A stretch of 64,000 bases of DNA from a bacterium. GTDB lineage: Bacteria > Hinthialibacterota > Hinthialibacteria > Hinthialibacterales > Hinthialibacteraceae. Where the stretch lies: assembly GCA_963663405.2 (NCBI GenBank), contig CAXXSM010000149.1:1-64000 (forward strand), read 5' to 3'. Below, in pieces: positions 1 to 10,350 of this stretch. The first letter of the stretch is position 1; the number at the start of each line of letters is the position of its first letter. Position numbers and translations under genes: made by a program. The notes beneath the pieces are model-generated. The model saw only the letters and a list, made by a program, of their open reading frames with translations. It had not been told where the DNA came from and ran no database searches.

Positions 1-264
1 TTCAATTCCTTCCAATGCCTTTTTAATAGCAGTTAATTGCTCTTCGATCATTTTGATTGATTGATTTGTTGATTCAACATCTAGAAAGCCCGGAGGACCA
101 CCTCGAAAGCCTCTTTGTCCACCACGGCCACCGCGGGATCTGTCCAGGCTGGGATCTTCACGGGCCTCAAGACCAGGCCCCCGGTTGACACGTTGCCCAA
201 ATGCTGACCATGAGAATGAAAACACCATCAATAGTGCGAGGATTGATACTGCGCATTTCTTCAT
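1..264 (-). CDS. Secreted hypothetical protein, N-terminal part (runs off the window)
   Basis: Hand translation from ATG at 264: MKKCAVSILALLMVFSFSWSAFGQ (Sec signal), then an RG-rich segment and a helical segment; open to position 1; AGAAAGG RBS upstream. Not in the ORF track because it is truncated. Confidence 0.75.
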   Translation of the reverse strand, partial: MKKCAVSILALLMVFSFSWSAFGQRVNRGPGLEAREDPSLDRSRGGRGGQRGFRGGPPGFLDVESTNQSIKMIEEQLTAIKKALEGIE

Positions 265-336
265 GATTTTGACCTTTCTATAAGAGGAATGAGTTCAATT
301 TGTTCGTTTCGGCGCCCCAGCGCAGTTCTGACTGCT

Positions 337-1783
337 CTATAGAATAATATCGTTGAGTTCCCAATCCTTGCGGAAGTGGGGTTTAATATACTCGTTGGCT
401 TTTTCATGGTTTGTAAAGCGGAGATTCTTGCCATCCCACAGGAGTTTTTCGTTTGGGAATCGCCAGGATATGGCTCCGAGAAGCATCCATTCCGTGTAAG
501 GGCCTGCAATGCTGAAGTTTGAGCACGCTGGTTTCCCTTCCTTGCAAGCGCGGATCCAATCTTTATAATGCCCCGGTGAGCGTTCTATGATTTTTGGAGG
601 ATTCTTGTAATCTTGCATTTTCGATTCGGGGATTAGATGGACACTCTCACCACGGGCACTGGTTCCCATAAATCCCTTTGTTCCGATAAATACTTCATTG
701 AATCCTTGCACATCCGCATCGGTTAGACCTTCCGGTGTCTTGAAATTCTTCGCCGTATCGCCTTCATACCAATAGATCGTTACTGGAGGCATTTTTCCAG
801 TTGGCGTATACTTGTTTGGACGTTCAGGGAATTCAAACTTGCACGAATAGTGAGGATAGGTAACAGGATTGACTCCCTCAACCGCCGTGCATTCTACACT
901 GGTGGGACTTCCGAGTTGCAGGCCCCAGTTGGCGGGTCCTAACTGATGGATTCCCCAATCGCCGATCATTTGTGTTCCATATTCCAGGAATCCCCGCCAA
1001 TTGCTCGGATGAATCTTGGAACTGTAAGTATGTTCGGCGGCGCGGCCTGTCCAGAGATCCCAGTTCAGTGTTTCCGGGATTTCCTCAACTTCTGGCCATT
1101 CGATGATGCCACGCGCAAAACCTCCGCTGCTCATGGAGTGAACCTCGGTGATGTCTCCGAGATCACCATTCCAGATGACTTCACATGCGATCCGTGTCGC
1201 GATAGAAGAGTATCCCTGGTTGCCCATCTGTGTTGCGACATTGTATTTTTTTCGCGGCTTTAGTTAATAGGCGGGCTTCCCAGACCGTCTGAGTGAGGGG
1301 CTTCTGGCAATAAACGCCTAAGCCCCGCTCCATTGCATACAACGCCACGGAAGCGTGCATGTGGTCAGGGATTGTAATGGTTATCCCGTCAAGGTTTTTT
1401 TGCTCTTTATCGAGCATTATACGATAATCCCGGTATAACTTGGTTGCAGAATACCGGTCTCCCGCCCGATTCAGGAAATTCTCATCCACATCACAGAACG
1501 CATAGAGGTTTTCGCTACTAACACTTCTAACATCGTTACCTCCCTGCATGCCTCCAACGCCAACGCAGCCGACATTCAGTTTATCACTCGGCGCCGGTTG
1601 TCCCGATTGCGCCAAAACGCTTCGTGGCACGATTGAAAAGGCGGCGAGTGAACCCATCGCAGCCATGAATTCCCGTCTGGGCCGTCCGTTTTTTCTCCCT
1701 GCTTTTGTTTTCCCATTGTCATCCCCTTTTTCGTAAGATGAATGTCTCGGCGGCTGTTGAAAGCGCGGCGGACACTCAATCAT
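337..1783 (-). pseudogene. Gfo/Idh/MocA family oxidoreductase (Tat-exported), split by a frameshift; pseudogene or homopolymer sequencing error
   Basis: ORF 1181..1783 has the RREF Tat motif, PSDKLNVGCVGVGG Rossmann start, PDHMH and YCQKPL. ORF 337..1227 has MGNQG, WDLWTG and WRGF..YGT..IGDWGIH. Removing one base from the T7 run at 1246-1252 restores AAKKYNVATQMGNQG. The true start may be the ATG at 1716, which would need a second indel. Confidence 0.85.
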
Positions 1784-1921
1784 GAATCTTCCGTATCTTT
1801 ACTATTTAAGACTCAATTTAACTTCTCGTGTAGAGAGGATTTGCTTTAATTAACAAAGCGATGCTTTGGTTTTTAATGAGCGCGAACCGGATCGTCATGA
1901 ATCAATGCGGAAAATAACAAA

Positions 1922-2225
1922 GGCTCTTCCGACAAGTGAGTACGTTTCTCAACAATCCATTTACTTTTTGCGGGAAATTTTGAAGCCCAGCGCTATTATT
2001 CAGGATTCTTATTGTCTGAACCTTGATTTACTTGATTCGCTTGATTTTCTTGATTTTTAAATCATGGTAATCCTATAATCCTTTTAAGACAGCGCCAGTA
2101 ACGACAACGCCGCGCGGTGGCGGCTTTTAGCTGGCTTTTAAATCATGGTTCGGACGATTAAGCCGTCCTGAACAAAGATCGCAATTTCCCAAAATGTTTT
2201 TTTATACTCAATTACCGGATGAACC
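1922..2225. mobile_element. MITE-like non-autonomous element, copy 1
   Basis: Imperfect 22-bp TIRs (ggctcttccgacaagtgagtac ... atactcaattaccggatgaacc); flanks ataacaaa/ataataaa (7 of 8 matching target duplication); homologous to 38265-38511 and 45116-45381. Confidence 0.85.
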
Positions 2226-2626
2226 ATAATAAAGAATAGTATGATATAAATGAATGCCCGAAAAATATATGGATAAAAATTAATGTCTATAGGGTATCCC
2301 CATGCCATTGATTACACACAGCTAGCCAACCATTGGTTACAACTCACCTAAAACTCAAAACGAATAATTTTGAAATTTATTGCCGCCGGGATTAATCAGG
2401 CTGATTTTTATGGTTTTAATTTTCAATTTACAAATTCACGATTCATCTACTCTACAGAAAAAACTGTTGCCTGTCATATAATACAAAATAATATAATTCA
2501 TAAGACTCATCGGATAAAGCGATTGGAAAAAGCAAAGCAATACGAAGAAATGCGCCGCTATACTATTAAGAACACCATTGCAAAGGTGAGATCGGTATCC
2601 TGCGTCATTTCCGAGGAGTATATAAC

Positions 2627-5272
2627 GTGGGTGTTAAATGGTTGTATAGAATATTCAATTGGGATTTTGCGCGAAATGGATTTTGGCGTGTTTTCTCTTT
2701 TGCTCTCCTATTAAGCGCCGTTTGCGGAGGGCTCTTGAGTCCGCCGCGTCTTGAGGCGGCGCGGGTGAACGATCCGGAATTGGAATATCGGTCCTATTGG
2801 GATCAGGGAGAATACCAACAAGCGTTGGATGTTATCCAAAAGCAGATGGAGGCGCGTCCGGAGTTTGCGGAGAGCCGTGTGTACCGTTCTTTTGTCTGGC
2901 GGTCTCACCGCGCGGCGCTCAACTTTGCGATGGGGCGGGTGGATGAAGCGATCGCCGATATGGAATGGATCGTCGAGACCAATGTTGAGCCGGTTTTTTT
3001 GCTGCGGCTGACTGAGTATTACAAATATAGAGGACGTTTGGAGGATTTTGAAAATACATTGTTGCGCGCTTCCTCGCGTTCGTCTTGGGTTTTCCATACG
3101 CAAGAAGAAAACGTGTTGGCTTTGGCGCGTATTGTGGAATTGCAGGGGGATGATCCGAAACGGATTCTAACAACGTTTTATACAACTCTAATGGAAAACC
3201 GGCCGGAGTTCGCGCCGGGATTCGTTGGCGCGGGTGATCTAACCTTAAGTAAAGGGGCATACGATCTGGCGGAAGACTATTACCGCAAAGCGCTGGCGGT
3301 GGATGAGAAGAACCAAGACGCCCTCGCTGGATTGGCGGAGTGTTATTGGAAAGCCAGCGATTCACGGGCGGTTGAGATTATTGAACAACTTCTAACCATC
3401 AATCCGCGCCACTGCCGCGCAAAAGCGCTGGAGGCCGAATTACTGCTGGATTCGGGGGAGGCGGAACCAGCGCTGGAAAAAATTGAAGAAGCCCTAAAGG
3501 TGAATCCCAACCATATCCGGCTTCGCTCTCTCAAAGCAGGGGCGTTATTTCTTCAAGATGAATTGGACGCAATGCGCAAGGTTCAAGAAGAGACGCTTCA
3601 ATTCAATCCTCACTGTTCCGCGGTCTATCGCGTTCCGGGGCGAATCGCGTCGCGGCGGTACCGGTTTGAGGAAGGGGCTTCCTTTCAAGAGAAGGCGCTG
3701 CAAATCGATTCCAAAGATAAAGAAGCAAGGGCGCTTTACGCGCTCGATCTGCTGCGCCTGGGGCGGGACGAAGAAGGTAAGCGGGAACTGGAACAAGCGT
3801 TTAAAGACGATCCATTCAACACGCATCTGTTTAATTCGCTCAATTTAATGGACTCGCTCGAATCGTTTGACACGGTACGGCGGGGGGCGTTCATGCTGCG
3901 TCTGCCCAAAGAGGAGACGGCGTTTCTCGCGGAAGACGCGCTGGCGCTGCTCTCGGAGGCGTGTGCGATTTATGAGAAAAAATACAAGATCGAGTTGGAG
4001 AAACCAGTCTCCGTCCAGATTTTCGATAGTCATGACGATTTCATGGTACGATCCGTCGGATTGCCGGGGAATGTGGGATTCATGGGGATCTGTTTTGGGA
4101 AATTAATCACGATGGATTCTCCCTCGGCCCGGACCAAACGGACGATGAATTGGCGGCAGGTTTTGTGGCATGAGTTCGTCCACGTTGTGACGCTGCAGAA
4201 AACAAAAAACCGGTTGACCCGCTGGTTGTCGGAAGGGATCTCTGTCTATGAAGAGACCCAACGGAATCCAGGTTGGGGGCAGAAGATGGAAATCCATTAC
4301 AAAGCCTTGATCGGTGAAAACGACCTGCCGGGAATCGCTGATCTAGAGTTGTATTTTACACAACCCAAATCCATATCCCATGTGATCCTGGGTTATTTCT
4401 TGGCGTCTGAATTCGCTCATTATTATATTGATGAGTATGGAATCGACTCGTTAGTCGACGCGTTGACCCGTATTGGGGAGGGAGAACACACAGACCGGGC
4501 GTTGGCGGTTGCGGCGAATCGTTCGGTCCGTTCTATCGATCGAGGATTTCAGCGATTCTTAACGGAACGTCTCTCGCCGTTTAACAATCTTCCTGCGATA
4601 AAAGCGCCGCAGAATGAATTCCAAAAAATGATGGATTTAAGGGATGCGCCTCCACAAGAAGAGGATTGGACTCAACAATCCTCTCCCTTCACGGACGCTA
4701 TGCGCAAAGGAAGCGACGCGCTGAAACTGGAACAATGGGAGGAAGCCGAGTCCGAGTTTAAAAAAGCGTTTGAGTTATTTCCCGATTATACAGGAACATG
4801 GGCGCCCTTGCGGCAGTTGATTCGTTTGTACGAACTGTGGGAGCAGCCGGAGAAACTAAAGGAAACATTGTGGCGGGTGATGGAGTGGGATCCGACAGAT
4901 TATGCGTCCGCGCAGAAATTGATCGGGCTCCTGCGGGAAAAGAATGATTGGGAAGGCGTAGAAAAAGCGGCGCGCTGGGCGATGGGGATCGATCCCTTTG
5001 ATGGAGGAATGCGGAAAACGTTGCTGGAGGCTATGCTGCAGACGGGGAAAGAGAAAGACGCACTTTCCCTTACTCATAGTCTCGCCGCGCTCGAACCGGC
5101 CCGCCGAACCGACTATCACTTTCAACGGATCGAAATCCTAATGAAATTAGAAGAATGGGAAAACGCAAAAAAAGAAACAATTCAACTGCTTGAAGAATTC
5201 CCCCATTTTTGGGAAGCCCAGCGGCTTCTGCTCGCGATTGTAGAACGTGAGGACGGGGGGGATGAAAAATGA
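2627..5272 (+). CDS. Secreted TPR-repeat protein with peptidase MA-like (gluzincin) domain
   Basis: Signal peptide, many TPR-like helices, LWHEFVHVV (HExxH) followed by WLSEGISVYEE (third zinc ligand); GAGGAG RBS before the GTG start. Confidence 0.85.
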   Translation: MGVKWLYRIFNWDFARNGFWRVFSFALLLSAVCGGLLSPPRLEAARVNDPELEYRSYWDQGEYQQALDVIQKQMEARPEFAESRVYRSFVWRSHRAALNFAMGRVDEAIADMEWIVETNVEPVFLLRLTEYYKYRGRLEDFENTLLRASSRSSWVFHTQEENVLALARIVELQGDDPKRILTTFYTTLMENRPEFAPGFVGAGDLTLSKGAYDLAEDYYRKALAVDEKNQDALAGLAECYWKASDSRAVEIIEQLLTINPRHCRAKALEAELLLDSGEAEPALEKIEEALKVNPNHIRLRSLKAGALFLQDELDAMRKVQEETLQFNPHCSAVYRVPGRIASRRYRFEEGASFQEKALQIDSKDKEARALYALDLLRLGRDEEGKRELEQAFKDDPFNTHLFNSLNLMDSLESFDTVRRGAFMLRLPKEETAFLAEDALALLSEACAIYEKKYKIELEKPVSVQIFDSHDDFMVRSVGLPGNVGFMGICFGKLITMDSPSARTKRTMNWRQVLWHEFVHVVTLQKTKNRLTRWLSEGISVYEETQRNPGWGQKMEIHYKALIGENDLPGIADLELYFTQPKSISHVILGYFLASEFAHYYIDEYGIDSLVDALTRIGEGEHTDRALAVAANRSVRSIDRGFQRFLTERLSPFNNLPAIKAPQNEFQKMMDLRDAPPQEEDWTQQSSPFTDAMRKGSDALKLEQWEEAESEFKKAFELFPDYTGTWAPLRQLIRLYELWEQPEKLKETLWRVMEWDPTDYASAQKLIGLLREKNDWEGVEKAARWAMGIDPFDGGMRKTLLEAMLQTGKEKDALSLTHSLAALEPARRTDYHFQRIEILMKLEEWENAKKETIQLLEEFPHFWEAQRLLLAIVEREDGGDEK

Positions 5273-6156
5273 AGAAAATTATCATTTTTATTTTTATAGC
5301 GGTATTCATGTTTTTGGAATTTATGGCGTCTCCTCCATCAGCGGAAGCGCAACCGTGGGGGTACGGGCGGCGGTTTGGACGCGGGTATGAACCGCCGGAG
5401 CGGGATATCTTTCCGAGCGATTGTTTCACTTTTTGCCGCGTGCGTTATTACAGCCGTGGGGACGAGCGATGGGGACGCGGACGGCGTGGGGGACGTGATA
5501 GAAGAGGAGGATGGGGAGGCCGGTGGGATACCGACTATCCTGATTCCGACTTGAATTTCTCGCAGCGCTTGTCGGAATTGACTTCGATCAATGTGAACCG
5601 GGATGAAGAGGGGAACATAAAACACGCTGTGATCGACTTAACGGATGATGATTTATTTCACTATCCATTTATTTATATGTTGGAAGTAGCGGAACTTGAG
5701 TTTCGGGAAGATGAGATCAAAGCCCTGCGCTCGTATCTATTGCGGGGTGGATTTTTAATGGTGGACGATTTCTGGGGATCAGAGGCCTGGGCGAATTGGG
5801 AGTATGAAATTCATCGTGTGCTCCCGGAGGAGGAATACCCGATGGTGGATATTCCAATGGATCACGAAATTTTTCATATTGTCTTCGAAATTGATAAAAT
5901 CCATCAGATCCCGGGGATTGGATTTTGGTATCACACTGGCGGTGAAACTTCGGAACGCTGGGAAGACAGTGAAACGCCTCATTGTAAAGGGATATTTGAT
6001 AAAAACGGACGTTTAATGGTGGTCGTTAACCATAACACCGATTTAGGAGACGGGTGGGAAGAAGAAGCGCAGAATCCGGTTTACTTCCGCGAGTTTTCCG
6101 CGCGTAAAGCCTACCCATTAGGGATCAATATCGTGGTCTACGCCATGACGCACTAA
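5269..6156 (+). CDS. DUF4159 domain-containing protein
   Basis: Motifs WDTDYPDSD.N, PFIYMLE, LRSYLLRGGFLMVDDFWG, NTDLGDGWE, GINIVVYAMTH; ATGA overlap with the upstream gene. Confidence 0.85.
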   Translation: MKKIIIFIFIAVFMFLEFMASPPSAEAQPWGYGRRFGRGYEPPERDIFPSDCFTFCRVRYYSRGDERWGRGRRGGRDRRGGWGGRWDTDYPDSDLNFSQRLSELTSINVNRDEEGNIKHAVIDLTDDDLFHYPFIYMLEVAELEFREDEIKALRSYLLRGGFLMVDDFWGSEAWANWEYEIHRVLPEEEYPMVDIPMDHEIFHIVFEIDKIHQIPGIGFWYHTGGETSERWEDSETPHCKGIFDKNGRLMVVVNHNTDLGDGWEEEAQNPVYFREFSARKAYPLGINIVVYAMTH

Positions 6157-6182
6157 ACGGGATCCTGGAAAAGAGAATTCTA

Positions 6183-7214
6183 TTGCAGAGCGAACAGGAA
6201 ACGAAATCCTCAACATTCGAAGAAGAAGCGTTGTCGAAACTGCGCGAGGGCCGTGTTAAATTTCTTACGGAGATTCATAAAGTGATTGTGGGGCAGGACG
6301 CCGTCATCGAGCAATTGATGATGGCGCTCTTTTCCGGCAGTCATTGTCTCATCACCGGCGCGCCCGGCCTGGCCAAGACGCGGTTGATTCGCTCGATCGC
6401 GCAGATTTTGGATCTCACGTTTAAACGGATTCAATTCACACCGGATTTGATGCCGTCGGATATTATCGGAACAGAGATCATCGATGAAGACCGCGCGAGT
6501 GGTCATCGGGAAATGCGGTTCGTGCCCGGTCCGGTTTTTACGCATATCCTGCTGGCGGATGAGATCAACCGGACCCCCCCAAAGACGCAGGCGGCGCTGC
6601 TCGAAGCGATGGAGGAAAAACAGGTCACATCGGCGGGAATCGCGCGGCCTCTCGATCCACCGTTTTATGTGTTCGCCACACAGAATCCAATTGAATTAGA
6701 GGGCACCTATCCACTGCCGGAAGCGCAGCTGGACCGTTTTACGTTCAATATATTAATTGATTACTTGAACGAAGATGATGAACTGCAGGTCGTGAATCAA
6801 ACGACAAGCGTTGAAGATATTGAATTGAATCATGTGTTCGATGGAGAGGAGATGCTGCAATTCGCCCGGTTGACGCGGATGGTTCCGATCGCGGAACCAA
6901 TCGCCCGGTACGCCGTGCGGCTCGTGCAAGCGAGCCGGCCCAAGGCTCCTAACGCGCCGGAGTTTGTCAAGAAATGGGTGAACTGGGGCGCGGGCACGCG
7001 GGGTTCACAAAATTTGATTCTCGCCGCGAAAGCGCGGGCGCTGCTCCGGGAGCGGTTTCATGTGTCCTGCGCTGATATTCAAGCGGTCGCGAAGCCCGTT
7101 CTGCGTCACCGGATTTTAACGAATTTCCGGGCGGAAGCGGACCGGGTGAATGTGGAGGATTTGATTGAGCAAATCCTCGAAAGCCAATCTGAACCCCGGT
7201 CCGGCTTATCGTAA
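6183..7214 (+). CDS. moxR: MoxR-family AAA+ ATPase
   Basis: Walker A GAPGLAKT, RIQFTPDLMPSDI, Walker B LLADEINRTPPKTQAALLEAM, ATQNPIE.EGTYPLPEAQLDRF. Confidence 0.95.
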   Translation: MQSEQETKSSTFEEEALSKLREGRVKFLTEIHKVIVGQDAVIEQLMMALFSGSHCLITGAPGLAKTRLIRSIAQILDLTFKRIQFTPDLMPSDIIGTEIIDEDRASGHREMRFVPGPVFTHILLADEINRTPPKTQAALLEAMEEKQVTSAGIARPLDPPFYVFATQNPIELEGTYPLPEAQLDRFTFNILIDYLNEDDELQVVNQTTSVEDIELNHVFDGEEMLQFARLTRMVPIAEPIARYAVRLVQASRPKAPNAPEFVKKWVNWGAGTRGSQNLILAAKARALLRERFHVSCADIQAVAKPVLRHRILTNFRAEADRVNVEDLIEQILESQSEPRSGLS

Positions 7215-7243
7215 ATCCTCATGCGCTTGGAGCGCCGTCTATT

Positions 7244-8185
7244 ATGCCGAGTGAAGAACATCGCATCGATCCAACGCAACTCGCCCAGATCACGGACTTG
7301 GAATTACTGGCCCGGATCGTGGTGGATGGATTTATGACAGGCTTGCATCGAAGCCCGCGTTTTGGTACCTCGATTGAATTTGCCCAGTACCGCGCCTATA
7401 CGCAGGGGGATGATCCGCGTTTCATTGATTGGAGCCTCTATGCGCGCACCGACCGGCTGCACACCAAACTCTTCCAAGATGATACCAATCTGCGCTGCAC
7501 GATTATGATTGATTGCAGCGCATCGATGAATTACGCGTCGGGCGCTGTTTCGAAGTTTCAGTATGCGCGGATGTTGGCGGCTTGTCTGGCGCTGCTGCTC
7601 TTTCGGCAAAAAGATGGGATTGGTTTGATCGGTTTTCAAGAATCGGCGGAACTTTATCTGCCTCCCCGGAACAGCGCGCGGCATCTGCGGCGGCTTCAGG
7701 TGGAACTCAATTCACTGCAAGCGAAAGGGAAAACGGATATCTCGCGGGCGCTTGAATACGCGGGAGATGTGTCGCCCCCGCGGGGGATGTTAATACTAAT
7801 TTCTGATCTACTCCATCCAGTTGAATCGACAATCGCGCCTTTGCGGTTAATGCGGGCGCGGAATCATGACGCGATTGTATTTCAAATCAGCGATCCCTCC
7901 GAACAGACGTTTCCCTTTAAGAAATCAGTCACACTGCTTGACGCGGAAAGTGACCGGGAACAATTCGTTGTCCCGGATTCGATCCGGGAAGAATATCTAG
8001 AAAACCGGGAACGTCATTTTTCGCAGATCCGTAATGAATGCCTGGCGGTTGAAATCGATGTAGATGAATTTGTAACCGATGAGCCATTAGACCGCGCGCT
8101 TCACGCATTCTTGCAGCGCCGGACCCAGACGCTTTCGAGCGGACAGGCGAGACGGAATCAATCCGTCATGGGGGGCTTTGGATGA
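7244..8185 (+). CDS. DUF58 domain protein (vWA-like)
   Basis: GLHRS...G.SIEFAQYRAY.QGDD.RFIDW, MIDCSASM (MIDAS-like), LISDL. Confidence 0.92.
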   Translation: MPSEEHRIDPTQLAQITDLELLARIVVDGFMTGLHRSPRFGTSIEFAQYRAYTQGDDPRFIDWSLYARTDRLHTKLFQDDTNLRCTIMIDCSASMNYASGAVSKFQYARMLAACLALLLFRQKDGIGLIGFQESAELYLPPRNSARHLRRLQVELNSLQAKGKTDISRALEYAGDVSPPRGMLILISDLLHPVESTIAPLRLMRARNHDAIVFQISDPSEQTFPFKKSVTLLDAESDREQFVVPDSIREEYLENRERHFSQIRNECLAVEIDVDEFVTDEPLDRALHAFLQRRTQTLSSGQARRNQSVMGGFG

Positions 8186-10329
8186 GTTTCACTTTCCTCG
8201 CTCCCATCTTGCTGGCTGGTTTAGCGCTGCCCATTGTTCCCTGGCTGATTCATCAGATCCGGCGGCCGGAACGCGAGACAGTGGTGTTCAGCAGTCTCAT
8301 GTTTGTGCCTTCGATCAAACAGAAAATTATTGAGCGGCGGACGATACAGCATCTTTTATTGATGCTTCTGCGCATGCTGTTGTTGATCCTGCTGGCGTTC
8401 GCATTCTCACGGCCCAGCCGTATATTAACCGCGCCTGCGCCGGAATCCGTAGAGACGGGACGGTCAGTAATTTTGATCGACACATCGTACAGCATGGGTG
8501 TTGGAGACCAGTTCCAGGAAGCGAAAGAGGAAGCCCTTTCGATCGCGCGATCTCTTGGCCCGTTGGAACGGGCGGGCGTGATCGCGTTTAATGACCGGCC
8601 AGATGTCTTGGCTCCGTTGACCGTTGAAGGTGAATCGATCGCGGCGAATCACAGCCGGATTCAGCAGGCGATTGAGAAAACCGAGTTGAGTGGGAATGGA
8701 ACTTCTTACCTTTCCGCTTTGCAAGCGGCGCAGGATCTTCTATTGGCCGGTTTCAAAGCAGAAAATCCATCCGAAGAGAAATGCGTGGTCTATTTGATAT
8801 CAGACTTTCAAAAAACTGGGATGCCCGAAACAGATGGGCGCTGGAAACTTTCTCCCCGCATTTCACTGCAGCCTATATCGATTGGAACGGCGGTTCAAAA
8901 GCAGTTCTCGATTGTTGATGTGATCGCGCAGGCGAATCAAACGGGTTCCCTACGCATAGCCGGGCGGATCAGAAATCAATCAACCGTCGCCGCGTCTCCT
9001 TGTACGGTCAAACTTTTTATCGATGGCGCTGAGGCGGCGCGGCAATCGATTCTGGTTCAACCAGGAAACACATCCAAGATTTCGTTCGATCTCCCCATTC
9101 AGACAAACGATTTTCATGAAGGGTATCTGGAACTCGAAGAGGACGCGTTGAATCTGGATAATCGGAGATACTTCGCGTGGAACCCATCCCGGAAGAAACG
9201 AATTGTACTCATCGCCGATCCCCGGCCCGAAACACGATGGCCCGGCGCATGGTTTCTAATGCGGGCGCTTCAAGTGGACGCGGACATTCATTGGGATTTT
9301 AAAGTCATCCAACAGGACGAACTTACGGGAATTATAGATGAATCTCCAGATATCCTTCTTGCTGGAGATCTGGATGGTTTGACAAAACAAACAGCGGAGA
9401 CGCTGTTGCGATTCGCGCAAGAGGGCAAGTCTGTGTTTCTCTGTTTGAACGCTTCTATGAAACAGGAGGCGATCAACGAAAATTTGCTTTCCGCTCTTGG
9501 TCTTAAGCACGCCGGATTTCGCGATCCAACTACGCATGAGACGCCGTTCGAACTGTTGTCTTGGATCGATTTCGATCATCCAATCTTTTTTCCCTTTCAA
9601 GGATCGCAGTACAACGATTTTTCGTCCATTCATTTTACAAATTATGTCCGTATCGAATCCATTCCAAGTGACGAGGACGCCGGAGCGTATCCTGTTGTAA
9701 AGACACTCGCGCGATTTGAATCCGATGTCCCCGCGATTCTTGAAATCCCATATGGGGAAGGAATGGTCCTTCTTTTGACCTTTCCATTGGAACTGGAATG
9801 GACGAATTTAATGAGAAGCCCAAAATTCCTTCCACTGTTGTTTGAATCGTTGCAACATCTCGCGGGAAGAGAGGAAGAACGCCGCGCATGGCAGGTTGGT
9901 GAGCGCGTAACCGCCGCGCCTGAACAAGTTTCTGGTGAGTTGAATTGGAGTGTTCAGCCGCCGGGGGAGGATTCATTGATGCGGTTCGAAAGCGCGAATT
10001 CGCCGATCCTTCTTGAGAAGGCGGGATTCCTCCGATGGCGCAGTAATGGCGCGCCGGAAGAGAACATTATCGAAGCGGTGAACGTTGACGCGCATGAGTC
10101 CGATCTCACCCGCGCGCCGTTGGAAGAATTTGAAGGAAAACTCTGCGCCGCCTCTTTTCTCGATCGGGAGACGATATCCCAAACGGCGGAGGGGGAAGAG
10201 TTGGAGAGTGATTTGATCATCACCGATGAATTCGGACGTTTCTTTTTAATTCTGTTTTTTATCGGATTACTCATGGAATGCTGGTACGCGTTCCGGCTTT
10301 CGAAAAAAGCGTCCAGCGAGACAGCGTAA
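8182..10329 (+). CDS. BatA N-terminal double-TM plus vWA domain membrane protein
   Basis: FLAP..L.GLA.P..PWLIH, FSSLMF, LLLMLLRMLLLILLAFAFSRP, vWA IDTSYSM, LISDFQ, CARDB-like DN.RYF, C-terminal TM ending ..LMECW. Confidence 0.9.
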   Translation: MSFTFLAPILLAGLALPIVPWLIHQIRRPERETVVFSSLMFVPSIKQKIIERRTIQHLLLMLLRMLLLILLAFAFSRPSRILTAPAPESVETGRSVILIDTSYSMGVGDQFQEAKEEALSIARSLGPLERAGVIAFNDRPDVLAPLTVEGESIAANHSRIQQAIEKTELSGNGTSYLSALQAAQDLLLAGFKAENPSEEKCVVYLISDFQKTGMPETDGRWKLSPRISLQPISIGTAVQKQFSIVDVIAQANQTGSLRIAGRIRNQSTVAASPCTVKLFIDGAEAARQSILVQPGNTSKISFDLPIQTNDFHEGYLELEEDALNLDNRRYFAWNPSRKKRIVLIADPRPETRWPGAWFLMRALQVDADIHWDFKVIQQDELTGIIDESPDILLAGDLDGLTKQTAETLLRFAQEGKSVFLCLNASMKQEAINENLLSALGLKHAGFRDPTTHETPFELLSWIDFDHPIFFPFQGSQYNDFSSIHFTNYVRIESIPSDEDAGAYPVVKTLARFESDVPAILEIPYGEGMVLLLTFPLELEWTNLMRSPKFLPLLFESLQHLAGREEERRAWQVGERVTAAPEQVSGELNWSVQPPGEDSLMRFESANSPILLEKAGFLRWRSNGAPEENIIEAVNVDAHESDLTRAPLEEFEGKLCAASFLDRETISQTAEGEELESDLIITDEFGRFFLILFFIGLLMECWYAFRLSKKASSETA

Positions 10330-10350
10330 TGTGTGAAAGGAGTGGATCCG

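Noticed and set aside
1866-2060. 64-aa ORF ending LDLLDSLDFLDF
   Set aside because: It is a read-through of the MITE's 9-bp periodic arm, not a plausible gene.
2370-2714. 114-aa ORF upstream of the TPR-gluzincin gene
   Set aside because: TTG start, AT-rich promoter-like DNA, overlaps the real gene, no recognisable motif.
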